This document shows positions 9,628 through 18,344 of a stretch of 64,000 bases of DNA, one piece after another (positions within the stretch are counted from its first letter, which is position 1; each line of letters opens with the position of its first letter). Source of the DNA: an uncultured Acidimicrobiaceae bacterium (GTDB lineage Bacteria; Actinomycetota; Acidimicrobiia; Spongiisociales; ZC4RG35); NCBI GenBank assembly GCA_964388105.1, contig CAYLYQ010000001.1, positions 48,711-112,710 of the forward strand, in the 5' to 3' direction. Made by a program: the position numbers and the translations under genes. The notes under the pieces are model-generated. The model was not told where the DNA came from and searched no databases. It was given only the letters and a program-made list of their open reading frames with translations.

Positions 9628-9701
9628 GCCGGAGTAGCTCAGGGGTAGAGCAATTCACTCGTAATGAATAGGCCAGGGGTTCGAATCCCCTCTCCGGCTC
9701 C
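9628..9701 (+). tRNA. tRNA-Thr (anticodon CGT)
   Basis: Cloverleaf read by hand: acceptor GCCGGAG/CTCCGGC, D arm GCTCAGGGGTAGAGC, anticodon stem ATTCA/TGAAT loop CTCGTAA, T arm AGGGGTTCGAATCCCCT. Confidence 0.85.
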
Positions 9702-9730
9702 CTGGCTCGGGCGATGGACTTCTCCCCCCT

Positions 9731-9797
9731 TGGCTCGCTTCGCTCGCGCCCCCTCCCCCCTCCGGGGTACTCCCCCACTCACGTGGGGGAGAAATCC
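9731..9797. repeat. Mosaic extragenic repeat, modules A (TGGCTCGCTTCGCTCGCGCC) + B' (CCCTCCCCCCTCCGGGGTA) + C hairpin (CTCCCCCAC-tcac-GTGGGGGAGAAATCC)
   Basis: Near-identical A+B'+C copy at 17288-17357; C hairpin alone at 15499-15525, 38811-38843, 58845-58870, 60186-60216; lies right after tRNA-Thr. Confidence 0.6.
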
Positions 9798-9810
9798 TGT
9801 CCTCGGCTCC

Positions 9811-10839
9811 CTAGTCGGCGCCGAGCTCGGCGAACAGGTTGGTGAGCACGAGCTCACGGCGCAGGTTCGCCTGGATGTCGGCCACCGCCTCCAGGGTCAA
9901 CTCCGCCGCGAGGACGGCCCGACGCGGCGAGACGTCCGTGAGGTGACCGAGGTCGAGGTCGGTGTTTCGGATAGGCCCACCCACCTGCAGCGACGCGGAG
10001 TCCGCATACCAGGACGCCAGGATCTCGAGGCCCGTCACGATCAACGACATCTCGGCCCGTCTCCGGAAGCGGGTCGCCTGGTCCTTCGCCAGGTCCTTCG
10101 GGACGGCGTCGTCGGCCAGGGGCGATATCTCGCCGAGGACCACGGACGCCAGATGCTGGGCGTCTCCGGGTCGGGCAGTCACCTTCCTCGGGATCGAGAG
10201 CCACAGGGCGCGAAATCCGGCCACCTCGGGCCGGGTCATCAGGGCGAGGGCGAGCCCGGGCCGGCCTCCGGCGACGGCCGCCAGCCCCTCCGCCCGCTCA
10301 GGGGACATGCCTCTGGCGACCAGGGCGGCGGTCATCTCCTCGTCGGTGACCCGGCCCATCCTCACCACCCGACACCGCGATGCGACCGTGGGAGGAAACT
10401 GGTCCTCCGACTCGGCGACGAGCAGGAACACGACGGTCGCCCCCGGCTCCTCGAGGGTCTTCAGCAGGGCGTTGGCTGCCTGCTCGGTCATGGTGCCGGC
10501 TTCGGGGAAGAGGAACACGGTGCGGGCTCCCTCCACCGGCGCCATCGACGCCCGACGCACGACCTCGCGCGCCTGGCCCACGCCGATGCTGGCCGCGCCC
10601 TCCGGCTCCACCACCACGAGATCCGGGTGCGTTCCCTCCAGCGCCATGCGTCGGGCGCGTTCCGCTTCCGCGCCGTCGGGCGGCGTGAGCAGACCGGCGG
10701 CGAACCGGCCGGCGACCATGGCCTTGCCCACCGACGACGGACCGACGAACAAATAGGCCTGTGACGGACCGGCGATCTCGGAGCGGAGGAGCTCGATGAC
10801 ACTGCTGTGCCCGATCACGTCCTCGAAGAGGTCATTCAC
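9811..10839 (-). CDS. holB: DNA polymerase III subunit delta prime
   Basis: AYLFVGPSSVGKAMVAGRFAAGLL Walker-A-like, TVFLFPEAGTMTEQAANALLKTLEEP, clamp-loader signature; holB-tmk synteny. Confidence 0.85.
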   Translation of the reverse strand: MNDLFEDVIGHSSVIELLRSEIAGPSQAYLFVGPSSVGKAMVAGRFAAGLLTPPDGAEAERARRMALEGTHPDLVVVEPEGAASIGVGQAREVVRRASMAPVEGARTVFLFPEAGTMTEQAANALLKTLEEPGATVVFLLVAESEDQFPPTVASRCRVVRMGRVTDEEMTAALVARGMSPERAEGLAAVAGGRPGLALALMTRPEVAGFRALWLSIPRKVTARPGDAQHLASVVLGEISPLADDAVPKDLAKDQATRFRRRAEMSLIVTGLEILASWYADSASLQVGGPIRNTDLDLGHLTDVSPRRAVLAAELTLEAVADIQANLRRELVLTNLFAELGAD

Positions 10840-11428
10840 GGCCGGCTCGCTCCAGGATCCTGTCGACCATCTCGTCGATGCTCAGCCCGCCGTCGAGCAC
10901 GAGCACCCGCTCGGGATCGGACTCGGCCAGATCGAGATAGGCGCCGCGCACGAGGCTCTGGAACTCCACACCCTCGCCGCCGATACGGTCCTCCCGATGC
11001 TGCCGGTCCAGGGCCTCGACGGGGTCGACGTCGAGCACGACGACGAGGTCGGGGGTCGTGCCGGCGACGGCCCACTCGTTGAGATCACGGATCCGATCTT
11101 CCCCCAGTCCGCGGGCCCGGCCCTGATAGGCGATCGAGGAGTAGAAGGTGCGATCGCTGACCACCCACTTCCCCGCTTCCAGGGCCGGCCTGATCACCTC
11201 TGACGCCAGCACCGCCCTCTGAGCCGCGAACAGCAGCGCCTCGGCCCGGTCGTCGAGGGTCTCGGAGTCGAGGAGCAGTCCGCGGATCACTTCGCCGATC
11301 GATGAGCCACCCGGCTCGCGGACGGTGACCACGCCCTCGCCGAGGGCCTCGAGGCGGGCGGCGAGGGCGGCGGCGATGGTGCTCTTCCCGCTCCCGTCGA
11401 CCCCCTCCAAGGCGATGTATCGGTTCAC
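10832..11428 (-). CDS. tmk: Thymidylate kinase
   Basis: GTG start giving MNRYIALEGVDGSGKSTIAAALAARL (P-loop); DRTFYSSIAYQG; ~198 aa; track ORF 10832..11689 has spurious N-extension overlapping topA promoter. Confidence 0.85.
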   Translation of the reverse strand: MNRYIALEGVDGSGKSTIAAALAARLEALGEGVVTVREPGGSSIGEVIRGLLLDSETLDDRAEALLFAAQRAVLASEVIRPALEAGKWVVSDRTFYSSIAYQGRARGLGEDRIRDLNEWAVAGTTPDLVVVLDVDPVEALDRQHREDRIGGEGVEFQSLVRGAYLDLAESDPERVLVLDGGLSIDEMVDRILERAGRE

Positions 11429-11468
11429 GAATGCAACGCTAACCAACCGGGATGACGCATCATCCGTG

Positions 11469-11497
11469 TTGACATACGCACCCGATGTGCGTTCAAC
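11469..11497 (+). promoter_or_regulatory. Candidate topA promoter (TTGACA-17bp-TTCAAC) overlapping inverted repeat ACGCAC-ccgat-GTGCGT
   Basis: Perfect -35 hexamer 11469-11474; -10-like TTCAAC 11492-11497, ~10 nt before topA ATG (near-leaderless); palindrome 11476-11492. Confidence 0.4.
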
Positions 11498-11507
11498 TCT
11501 CAGAAAA

Positions 11508-14063
11508 ATGCCCAAATCACTCGTCATCGTCGAATCGCCCACCAAGGCTCGAACCATTTCCGCGTTCCTCCCCGATGCCAAGGTCGAGTCGTCCATGGGC
11601 CACATCCGTGACCTGCCCCGGTCGGCTGCGGAGATCCCCGCCAGCGCCAAGGGCACCGAGTGGGCGCGCCTCGGGGTGGACGTCGACAACGACTTCGAGC
11701 CCCTCTACGTGGTCCCCAAGGACCGCAAGAACCAGGTCAAGAAGCTGAAAGAAGCCCTCGCCGGAGCCGAGGTCGTCTATCTCGCCACCGACGAGGACCG
11801 CGAAGGCGAGGCCATCGCCTGGCACCTGGTCGAGGTGCTCAAGCCCAAGGTGCCGGTGCATCGGATGGTCTTCCACGAGATCACCAAGCCGGCCATCGAA
11901 GAGGCCTTCGCCAATCCGAGGGACCTCGACGAGCGCCTGGTCCAGGCACAGGAGGCCCGCCGGATCCTCGACCGCCTCTACGGCTACGAGGTCTCGCCCG
12001 TGCTGTGGCGCAAGATCCAGCCTCGCCTGTCTGCCGGACGGGTCCAGAGCGTGGCGGTGCGCGTCGTCGTCGAGCGCGAGCGGGAGCGAATGGCGTTCGT
12101 GTCGGCGGACTACTGGGGAGTCGACGGGGTATTCGCCCGGGTCGACGACCTCGACCGCACCTTCCCCGCCGAGCTGCACAGTGTCGACGACAAGCGCGTC
12201 GCCACCGGTAAGGACTTCGACGAGAAGGGCAAGCCGAAGCCGGACGTGGTGGTGCTCGACCGGTCTGATGCCGAGTCGCTGGCGACCGAACTGGCGAATG
12301 CCCGATTCGAAGTCCGGTCCGTCTCTTCCAAGCCGTACAAGCGCAGCCCCTATCCCCCGTTCCGCACCTCGACGCTGCAGCAGGAAGCGGGCCGCAAGCT
12401 GCGCTTCTCTTCGAGTCGGACCATGTCCGTGGCCCAGCGCCTCTACGAGAACGGCTACATCACCTACATGAGGACCGATTCGGTCAACCTGTCCCAGTCC
12501 GCCATGGATGCGGCACGGGCTCAGGTGACCAAGTTGTTCGGCTCCGACTTCCTGTCCCCCAGCCCCCGGGTCTACCAATCGAAGGTGAAGGGCGCCCAGG
12601 AGGCCCACGAGGCCATCCGCCCAGCCGGCGACTCGTTCAAGACACCCGAGGAGGTGGCTCGCGAAGTCGGTTCGGACGAGGCCGCCCTCTACGACCTGAT
12701 CTGGAGACGGACCCTGGCATCGCAAATGGCGGACGCCGCCGGAACCACGGTGTCGGTGCGCCTCGGCGCCACGGCAGGAGACGGCCGCGACACGCTGTGG
12801 GCCGCCTCCGGCAGGACCATCACCTTCCCCGGTTTCCTGCGCGTGTACGTCCAAGGTGTCGACGAGGGGGACGGGGACGACGCCGAGAACATCCTCCCGC
12901 CGCTGGCCGAAGGGGACGAGCTCGCCACCCAGCGGCTGGAGCCAACGGGCCACACCACCCGGCCCCCGGCTCGCTACACCGAGGCGTCACTGGTCCAACG
13001 CCTGGAGGAGTTGGGCGTGGGCCGTCCCTCCACCTACGCCTCCATCATGACCACGATCCAGGACCGGGGTTACGTGTTCAAGAAGGGCACCGCCCTGGTC
13101 CCCTCCTTCACCGCTTTCGGAGTGGTGGCTCTGCTGGAGCGGCACTTCCCCCGGCTCGTCGACTACGAGTTCACCGCCGCGATGGAGGCCGACCTCGATG
13201 GCATCGCCGAAGGTGAGCAGGAGTCGGTGCCCTGGCTCTCCGACTTCTACTTCGGCGAAGAGGGCCTGCGCGAGAACGTCGCCCGCCACCTCGACGAGAT
13301 CGATCCGCGTGAAGTCGGCACCATCCCCCTCGGTACCGACGATTCCGGAGTCGAGGTGGTGGCTCGCATCGGACGCTACGGGCCCTACGTGGAGAGAGAT
13401 GGCGAGCGGGCCTCGATCCCCGAGGACCTGCCTCCGGACGAGCTCAGCGTGGCCAGGGCCATCGAGCTGCTGGAAGTCCAGAACGCCGGCGCCAAGATCT
13501 TCGGCACCGACCCCGACACCGGCCTGGCCGTGTACGGGATGACGGGGCGGTTCGGCCCGTACGTCCAGCTCGGGGAGCAGGAGGAGGGGAGCAAGGAGAA
13601 GCCGAAGCGGGCGTCGCTGCTCTCCAAGATGACCCTCGACGAGATGGGCCTCGACGACGCCATCCGGCTGCTCTCGCTGCCCCGAACCGTCGGCGTTGAC
13701 GAGAACGGGACCGAGATCCTGGCCCTCAACGGCCGGTACGGCCCGTACATCCAGCGGGGGGAGGACCGCCGGAGCCTCGAGTCCGAGGACCAGCTCTTCA
13801 CCCTCACCGTCGAAGAGGCCCTGGCGCTTCTCGCCGAGCCGCCACGGCGACGCGGCCAGGCCCGAACCTCGGTGCTCGCGGAGCTGGGCGAGACCCCGGA
13901 CACCGGGAAGAAGGTCACCGTGCGGAGCGGCCGATTCGGCCCGTATGTCACCGACGGGGAGGTCAACGCCTCGCTTCGCAAGGACGACGACCCGAGTCAG
14001 ATCACACTGGACAGGGCACTCGAGCTCCTTGCCGCCCGCCGCGAGCGGATCGCCTCCGGCTAG
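11508..14063 (+). CDS. topA: DNA topoisomerase I
   Basis: MPKSLVIVESPTKARTISAFL TOPRIM N-terminus, YITYMRTDS active-site Tyr region, C-terminal repeated GRFGPY(V/I) basic motifs; start at internal Met of track ORF 11325..14063. Confidence 0.95.
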   Translation: MPKSLVIVESPTKARTISAFLPDAKVESSMGHIRDLPRSAAEIPASAKGTEWARLGVDVDNDFEPLYVVPKDRKNQVKKLKEALAGAEVVYLATDEDREGEAIAWHLVEVLKPKVPVHRMVFHEITKPAIEEAFANPRDLDERLVQAQEARRILDRLYGYEVSPVLWRKIQPRLSAGRVQSVAVRVVVERERERMAFVSADYWGVDGVFARVDDLDRTFPAELHSVDDKRVATGKDFDEKGKPKPDVVVLDRSDAESLATELANARFEVRSVSSKPYKRSPYPPFRTSTLQQEAGRKLRFSSSRTMSVAQRLYENGYITYMRTDSVNLSQSAMDAARAQVTKLFGSDFLSPSPRVYQSKVKGAQEAHEAIRPAGDSFKTPEEVAREVGSDEAALYDLIWRRTLASQMADAAGTTVSVRLGATAGDGRDTLWAASGRTITFPGFLRVYVQGVDEGDGDDAENILPPLAEGDELATQRLEPTGHTTRPPARYTEASLVQRLEELGVGRPSTYASIMTTIQDRGYVFKKGTALVPSFTAFGVVALLERHFPRLVDYEFTAAMEADLDGIAEGEQESVPWLSDFYFGEEGLRENVARHLDEIDPREVGTIPLGTDDSGVEVVARIGRYGPYVERDGERASIPEDLPPDELSVARAIELLEVQNAGAKIFGTDPDTGLAVYGMTGRFGPYVQLGEQEEGSKEKPKRASLLSKMTLDEMGLDDAIRLLSLPRTVGVDENGTEILALNGRYGPYIQRGEDRRSLESEDQLFTLTVEEALALLAEPPRRRGQARTSVLAELGETPDTGKKVTVRSGRFGPYVTDGEVNASLRKDDDPSQITLDRALELLAARRERIASG

Positions 14064-15400
14064 AGGACGGTGGCGGCCATCTCGGCGAGCGGGGAGCGGA
14101 CCGAACGCTGCAGCGAGACGTGGGCGAACAAGGGCGACCCCCGGAACTTCTCGATCAGCGCCGCCATGCCTCCGAACGGCGAGATGTAGGGGTTGTCCAC
14201 CTGTGACAGGTCGCCGCAGAAGATCACCTTGGAGTCCTGTGAGATCCGGGTGAGGATCACCTTCAGGGTCGGCAACTCCAGGTTCTGCGCCTCGTCGATG
14301 ATCACGATCTCGCCTGTGATGGACCGCCCCCGCAGATAGGTGACGGCAGCCATCTCCAACTCTCCCCGGTTCACGAGCTCATCCACCGCGGCACGGGCGC
14401 CGTCGGGCCCTGCTTCGGAGAAGAGGGCGTAGAGGTTGTCGTGCACCGCGGCCATCCACGGTGTCAGCTTCTCGCTCAGGTCGCCGGGCAGGTAGCCGAC
14501 TTCCTGGCGTCCCACCGCGACCAGCGGCCGGTAGACCGAAACCCGGCGGTAGCGGCGCTGTTCCAGCACCTGTTCCAGTGCGGCCGCCAGGGCCAGGAAA
14601 GTCTTCCCGGTGCCCGCCATCCCCATCAGCGCCACTGCCGGGATCGAAGGGTCGAGCAGCTGATGGAGGGCGACGGTCTGGGCGAGGTTCTTCGGTTCGA
14701 CCCCGAATGCCCGCACGTGGCTCGGGACCCGCTCCACGACGGTCTCGGGCTCGGACTGGATGACCCGGGCCAGAGCGGAGCGAGAGACCCCGTTCCGGAG
14801 GACCACGAACTCGTTGACCGCCGCCGCCAGGCCGTCGAGGGTGATCTTGCCCTCGTCGTAGAGCCGGTCGATGGTGGCGATGTCGGTCTGGTGCTCCGTC
14901 ATCCCCTGGCGGGCTTGTTCCACGGGAACGGTGTCCGCCCGGTAGTCCTGGACGGGCACGCCGAGCTGAGCCCCCTTGATGCGGAGCGACGCGTCCTTGG
15001 TCACGAGCACAGCGCCGAGGTTGATACAGGTCGCCAGGATCCGGTGGTCGGGCGTGTGGGGGTCGAGCACCGGCGGGAGGTGCTCGGAGACGATGCCGTT
15101 GAGCTCGATGCGAAGCGAGCCGCCGCCGCTCAGCGCTACCGGATCACGAAGGCCGCCCGGTCTGGAGGCGCCGAGCTCCTCGAGGAGCCGGATTGCGGAA
15201 CGGGCGTTGGCGCCGACCTCGTCCATCCGCGTCTTCATCCGGTCGAGCTCCTCGACCACCACGAGAGGGAGGACGACCGCGTGCTCGTCGAAGCGAAGTG
15301 GTGCCTTGGGATCGGCGAGCAGGACGCAGGTGTCGAGGACGAAGGTGTTCGAAGCCGGGCCGGTCTCTGGCTGGTTCAACGACACCGCGCACAGCATCAC
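14060..15400 (-). CDS. phoH2: PIN-domain/PhoH-like ATPase fusion (PhoH2)
   Basis: N-terminal PIN NTFVLDTCVLLADPKAPLRFDEHAVVLPLVVVEELD; PhoH P-loop LMGMAGTGKTFLALAAALEQ; 4-nt convergent overlap with topA stop. Confidence 0.85.
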   Translation of the reverse strand: MMLCAVSLNQPETGPASNTFVLDTCVLLADPKAPLRFDEHAVVLPLVVVEELDRMKTRMDEVGANARSAIRLLEELGASRPGGLRDPVALSGGGSLRIELNGIVSEHLPPVLDPHTPDHRILATCINLGAVLVTKDASLRIKGAQLGVPVQDYRADTVPVEQARQGMTEHQTDIATIDRLYDEGKITLDGLAAAVNEFVVLRNGVSRSALARVIQSEPETVVERVPSHVRAFGVEPKNLAQTVALHQLLDPSIPAVALMGMAGTGKTFLALAAALEQVLEQRRYRRVSVYRPLVAVGRQEVGYLPGDLSEKLTPWMAAVHDNLYALFSEAGPDGARAAVDELVNRGELEMAAVTYLRGRSITGEIVIIDEAQNLELPTLKVILTRISQDSKVIFCGDLSQVDNPYISPFGGMAALIEKFRGSPLFAHVSLQRSVRSPLAEMAATVL

Positions 15401-15478
15401 GACTGAGAGTGAGAATTACAAGGATTGTGGGGTACCCCGTGCTCCGACGCGTCTGGCCGCACCGGACTTGGGAACCGA

Positions 15479-15524
15479 CCCCCTCGGCCCTTCGGGCCAC
15501 TCCCCCACAAGTGGGGGAGAAGTC
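15479..15524. repeat. Mosaic repeat copy, modules B (CCCCTCGGCCCTTCGGGCC) + C (ACTCCCCCAC-aa-GTGGGGGAGAAGTCC)
   Basis: Read directly; abuts the polX stop codon in the phoH2/polX intergenic gap. Confidence 0.55.
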
Positions 15525-17225
15525 CTAACGGCGAGCGCTGACGCGGGAGCGGATGACCTCCACCGGCTGGGCGTTGAGGACCCGATCGACCGTGACCCAC
15601 CCCCGCTGCGCCCAGGTGACCCCGTAGTCCATCCTCACCAGCTCCCGTACATGGTGGGAGTCCGTGTTGATGACGACGTCCACTCCGGCCGCCATGGCGC
15701 GGCGGGCCACTTCGTCGGTGGCGTCGAGACGGTCGAGGGCACCGTTGATCTCCAGCACGACGCCGGTGGTGGCCAGACCCTGGAGAACGGCGTCGACATC
15801 GAGCTCCACACCTGGCCGCCTCCCGACATACCGGCCAGTCAGGTGCCCGATGGCGTTCACCGCGGGATCGGCCAGAGCCTTCAGGATCCGCACCGTCTGC
15901 TGCTCCGCCGGGAGGTCGAAGTGGGAGTGGATCGACGCCACGCACCAGTCGAACTCGAGCCGAAAGGCGGCGTCGTAGTCGAGGTCGCCGTCCGGAGAGA
16001 TGTTGAGCTCGCAGCCGAAGAGCAGGTCGATCTCCGGGTATCGGTCGTCCAGTTTCCGGATGCGGTCCCGGTGGTCGAGCATCTCCTCCCGCGTCGACCC
16101 GTTGATCGTGAGGTCTTCTCCATGATCCGTGAAAGCCACGTACCGGTAGCCCGCCGCGATCGCGGCCTCGACCATCTCCGCCAAGCTGGAACGGCCATCC
16201 CCCGATCGGCTGGAGTGGAAGTGCATGTCACCTGCGATGTCTGAACGCTGCACCAGCCTCGGCAGTCCGTCGCCCGCGGCGACTTCGACCTCGCCGCGAC
16301 CCTCCCGCAGCGGCGGGGGGACGAACTCCATCCCGAGGGCGGCATAGATGTCCTCCTCGGTGTCCGAGGCGACGACCTGGTCGTTCTCGAACAGTCCGTA
16401 CTCGTTGAGCAGCAAGCCGCGGTCGATGGCGCGCTGGCGGAGAGCGATGTTGTGCACCTTCGAGCCGGTGAAGTAGAGGAGCGCCGACCCGAACTGATCG
16501 GGACGGACGGCACGGACATCGACCTGGAGCCCTTCGTGGGTGAGGAAGGAGGTCTTGGTGTCGCCGGCACCCACCAATTCCGAGAGCTGGGGCAGCTCGG
16601 TGACGACCCTCATCACTGCCGCCGGATCGGTGGTGGCGACCACGATGTCGATGTCGCCGACAGTGTCGGAGAATCTTCGCAACGACCCGCACGGCATCGA
16701 CGCCGTGACCCCCGGGATCTCCGCGAAGCGCTTCGCCAGCGCGTGGGCGAACCCCCAGACGTCCATGATCGGCGTCCGGCGGTCCTTGCCTCCCATCCCC
16801 AAGCGTTCGATCGACCGGCGGATCTTCTCCTCGCTGGCGGCGCCCATCCCCGGGAGCTCCCGGATCTGTTCGGCGTCCAGGGCGGCGATCAGGCTGTCGA
16901 GGTCGACCACGCCGAGGTGGTCGCGCAGCAGCTTCAGCTTCTTTGGGCCCAGGCCCGGGATCCGCGTCAGCTCGACGAACCCCGGCGGATACTTGGCCCT
17001 CATGTCCTCGAGCTTCGCCACGCGACCGGTGGTGTCGAGCTCGATGATCTTGTCGGCGATGGCGTTGCCGACCCCCTTGATCTTGACGAGGTCGGCTTTG
17101 CTCAGGCCGGACAGCTCTCCGGGGTGGCCCTCGACACCGGCGACTGCGGCCTCATAGGCACGCGCCTTGAAGGACTGGGGCGAGCCCTCGTCGAGGGCGG
17201 TGAGGCGGGCCATCTCGGCCAGCAT
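15525..17225 (-). CDS. polX: DNA polymerase/3'-5' exonuclease PolX (Pol beta-like domain plus PHP domain)
   Basis: HhH region GLGPKKLKLLRDHLGVVDLDSL, nucleotidyltransferase core GSLRRFSDTVGDIDIVV, PHP MHFHSSRSGDGRSSLAEMVEAAIAAGYRYVAFTDHGEDL; start at MLAEMARL, track N-extension overlaps the repeat. Confidence 0.85.
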   Translation of the reverse strand: MLAEMARLTALDEGSPQSFKARAYEAAVAGVEGHPGELSGLSKADLVKIKGVGNAIADKIIELDTTGRVAKLEDMRAKYPPGFVELTRIPGLGPKKLKLLRDHLGVVDLDSLIAALDAEQIRELPGMGAASEEKIRRSIERLGMGGKDRRTPIMDVWGFAHALAKRFAEIPGVTASMPCGSLRRFSDTVGDIDIVVATTDPAAVMRVVTELPQLSELVGAGDTKTSFLTHEGLQVDVRAVRPDQFGSALLYFTGSKVHNIALRQRAIDRGLLLNEYGLFENDQVVASDTEEDIYAALGMEFVPPPLREGRGEVEVAAGDGLPRLVQRSDIAGDMHFHSSRSGDGRSSLAEMVEAAIAAGYRYVAFTDHGEDLTINGSTREEMLDHRDRIRKLDDRYPEIDLLFGCELNISPDGDLDYDAAFRLEFDWCVASIHSHFDLPAEQQTVRILKALADPAVNAIGHLTGRYVGRRPGVELDVDAVLQGLATTGVVLEINGALDRLDATDEVARRAMAAGVDVVINTDSHHVRELVRMDYGVTWAQRGWVTVDRVLNAQPVEVIRSRVSARR

Positions 17226-17287
17226 CCTGAGGACGTCGGATCGGGAGACGGTCACGATTCGAGGATATCCCTGGGGCCTGGTTGCGC

Positions 17288-17357
17288 TGGCTCGCTTCGC
17301 TCGCGCCCCTCCTCCCTTCGGGGTACTCCCCCAGCCTACGGCCGGGGGAGAAGGCCC
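17288..17357. repeat. Mosaic repeat copy A + B' + C' (CTCCCCCAG-cctacggcc-GGGGGAGAAGGCCC)
   Basis: About 90% identical to 9731-9797 over modules A and B'; the last ~6 codons and stop of the tadE-like ORF 17336..17731 lie inside it. Confidence 0.55.
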
Positions 17358-17731
17358 AGCCACCTCATCGGATCGAATTCGGCGCGCGCCGCCCCCCAGA
17401 CCCGGAGAGCCCCGAAGAGCGGCACCGTGACGCCGGCGGACACCCGCACTGTCACCGTGCGGGACGTCAGCGACCCGTCCACGGGACAGGAGCACGACTC
17501 CAGGCGGGCGCCGTTGGCAACCGCCGCTCGGCTGGCCTCGGACGCCGGCGATCCCCTGCCGGCGCCCGGGTAGGTGGCCACTGCGGCAGCGAGCGCCGCG
17601 GCGTCCGCCGCCGTCGCCGCCGTGGTGCGGACCCCCAGGATCAGTCCGAGACTGGTCGCACCGATCGCGCTCGCGGCCAGGAGGCCGGTCACGGCCAGCA
17701 TCAGGACCGTGGCCGACCCCCTGTCGCTCAC
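17336..17731 (-). CDS. TadE-like pilus assembly protein (Rv3654c/Rv3655c-like)
   Basis: N-terminal hydrophobic pseudopilin-like segment GSATVLMLAVTGLLAASAIG; position at distal end of Tad locus. Confidence 0.55.
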   Translation of the reverse strand: MSDRGSATVLMLAVTGLLAASAIGATSLGLILGVRTTAATAADAAALAAAVATYPGAGRGSPASEASRAAVANGARLESCSCPVDGSLTSRTVTVRVSAGVTVPLFGALRVWGAARAEFDPMRWLGLLPRP

Positions 17732-18111
17732 CTCTCCACCAGCATCGTGGCGCTCGCCGAGAGGTCGAATCCGGCCCCGGACGGGAACGGCGGCCCGAGG
17801 CGGTGACGGAGGGTCACCACCACCCGGGCGGGTTGGCCGACGATCGACGGCCTCGACACGGCGACGCGGGCCCTCGTCCGGACTTCGGGCGGCAGCGACG
17901 AAAGGACCGCTTCCACCGCTCGGCGAGGGTCGGGTGTGGTGGCGGCGACCCGGGCGCCGTCCCTCGCCGCCCCCGCCAGCTCGAGCCGGGACCGCGCCGC
18001 GGTCACGACCTGGAGCCCGGCCACGAGCACCAGCACGACCATCGGAATGACCAGGAACAACTCCACCGTGGCGCTCCCGCGGTCGCCGCTCAGAAGCGAC
18101 CGATCACCCAT
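17728..18111 (-). CDS. TadE/TadG-like pseudopilin
   Basis: RGSATVELFLVIPMVVLVLVAGLQVV TadE-like N-terminus; start uncertain (MGDRS at 18111 overlaps flp by 22 nt); track ORF extends to 18276. Confidence 0.5.
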   Translation of the reverse strand: MGDRSLLSGDRGSATVELFLVIPMVVLVLVAGLQVVTAARSRLELAGAARDGARVAATTPDPRRAVEAVLSSLPPEVRTRARVAVSRPSIVGQPARVVVTLRHRLGPPFPSGAGFDLSASATMLVER

Positions 18112-18287
18112 TGGATGACCCGGCCGAACAAGCCGTTGAGGAGCCCGCCGCCGCTCCCGCTCTGCAGCCACCTCAACGCGATGATGGCGAGGGCCGTAGC
18201 CGCCAGGATCACGAGGAAGTACTCCACGGTCCCCTGCCCCTTCTCGGATGCCAATCCGGCGAGCAGCCGGTTCCACAAACGTGTCAT
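18090..18287 (-). CDS. flp: Flp family type IVb pilin
   Basis: 65 aa; GQGTVEYFLVILAATALAIIAL matches the Flp G-x-T-A/V-x-EY-x-LI processing/hydrophobic motif. Confidence 0.7.
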   Translation of the reverse strand: MTRLWNRLLAGLASEKGQGTVEYFLVILAATALAIIALRWLQSGSGGGLLNGLFGRVIQWVIGRF

Positions 18288-18344
18288 GCTGACACTCCTT
18301 CCAGCCGGTGACCGACCGGCGGCGGGGAGAAGTGCGGACTTCGT

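Noticed and set aside
9628-9800. tRNA-Thr as a possible genomic-island integration site
   Set aside because: No integrase, direct repeat of the tRNA 3' end, or GC-content shift downstream; what follows is a family repeat and the core gene holB.
9664-10764. 366-aa plus-strand ORF beginning inside tRNA-Thr
   Set aside because: Starts within the tRNA and repeat element, antisense to holB, low-complexity composition.
11517-12953. 478-aa minus-strand ORF
   Set aside because: Antisense to topA; Gly/Leu/Arg-rich with no motifs.
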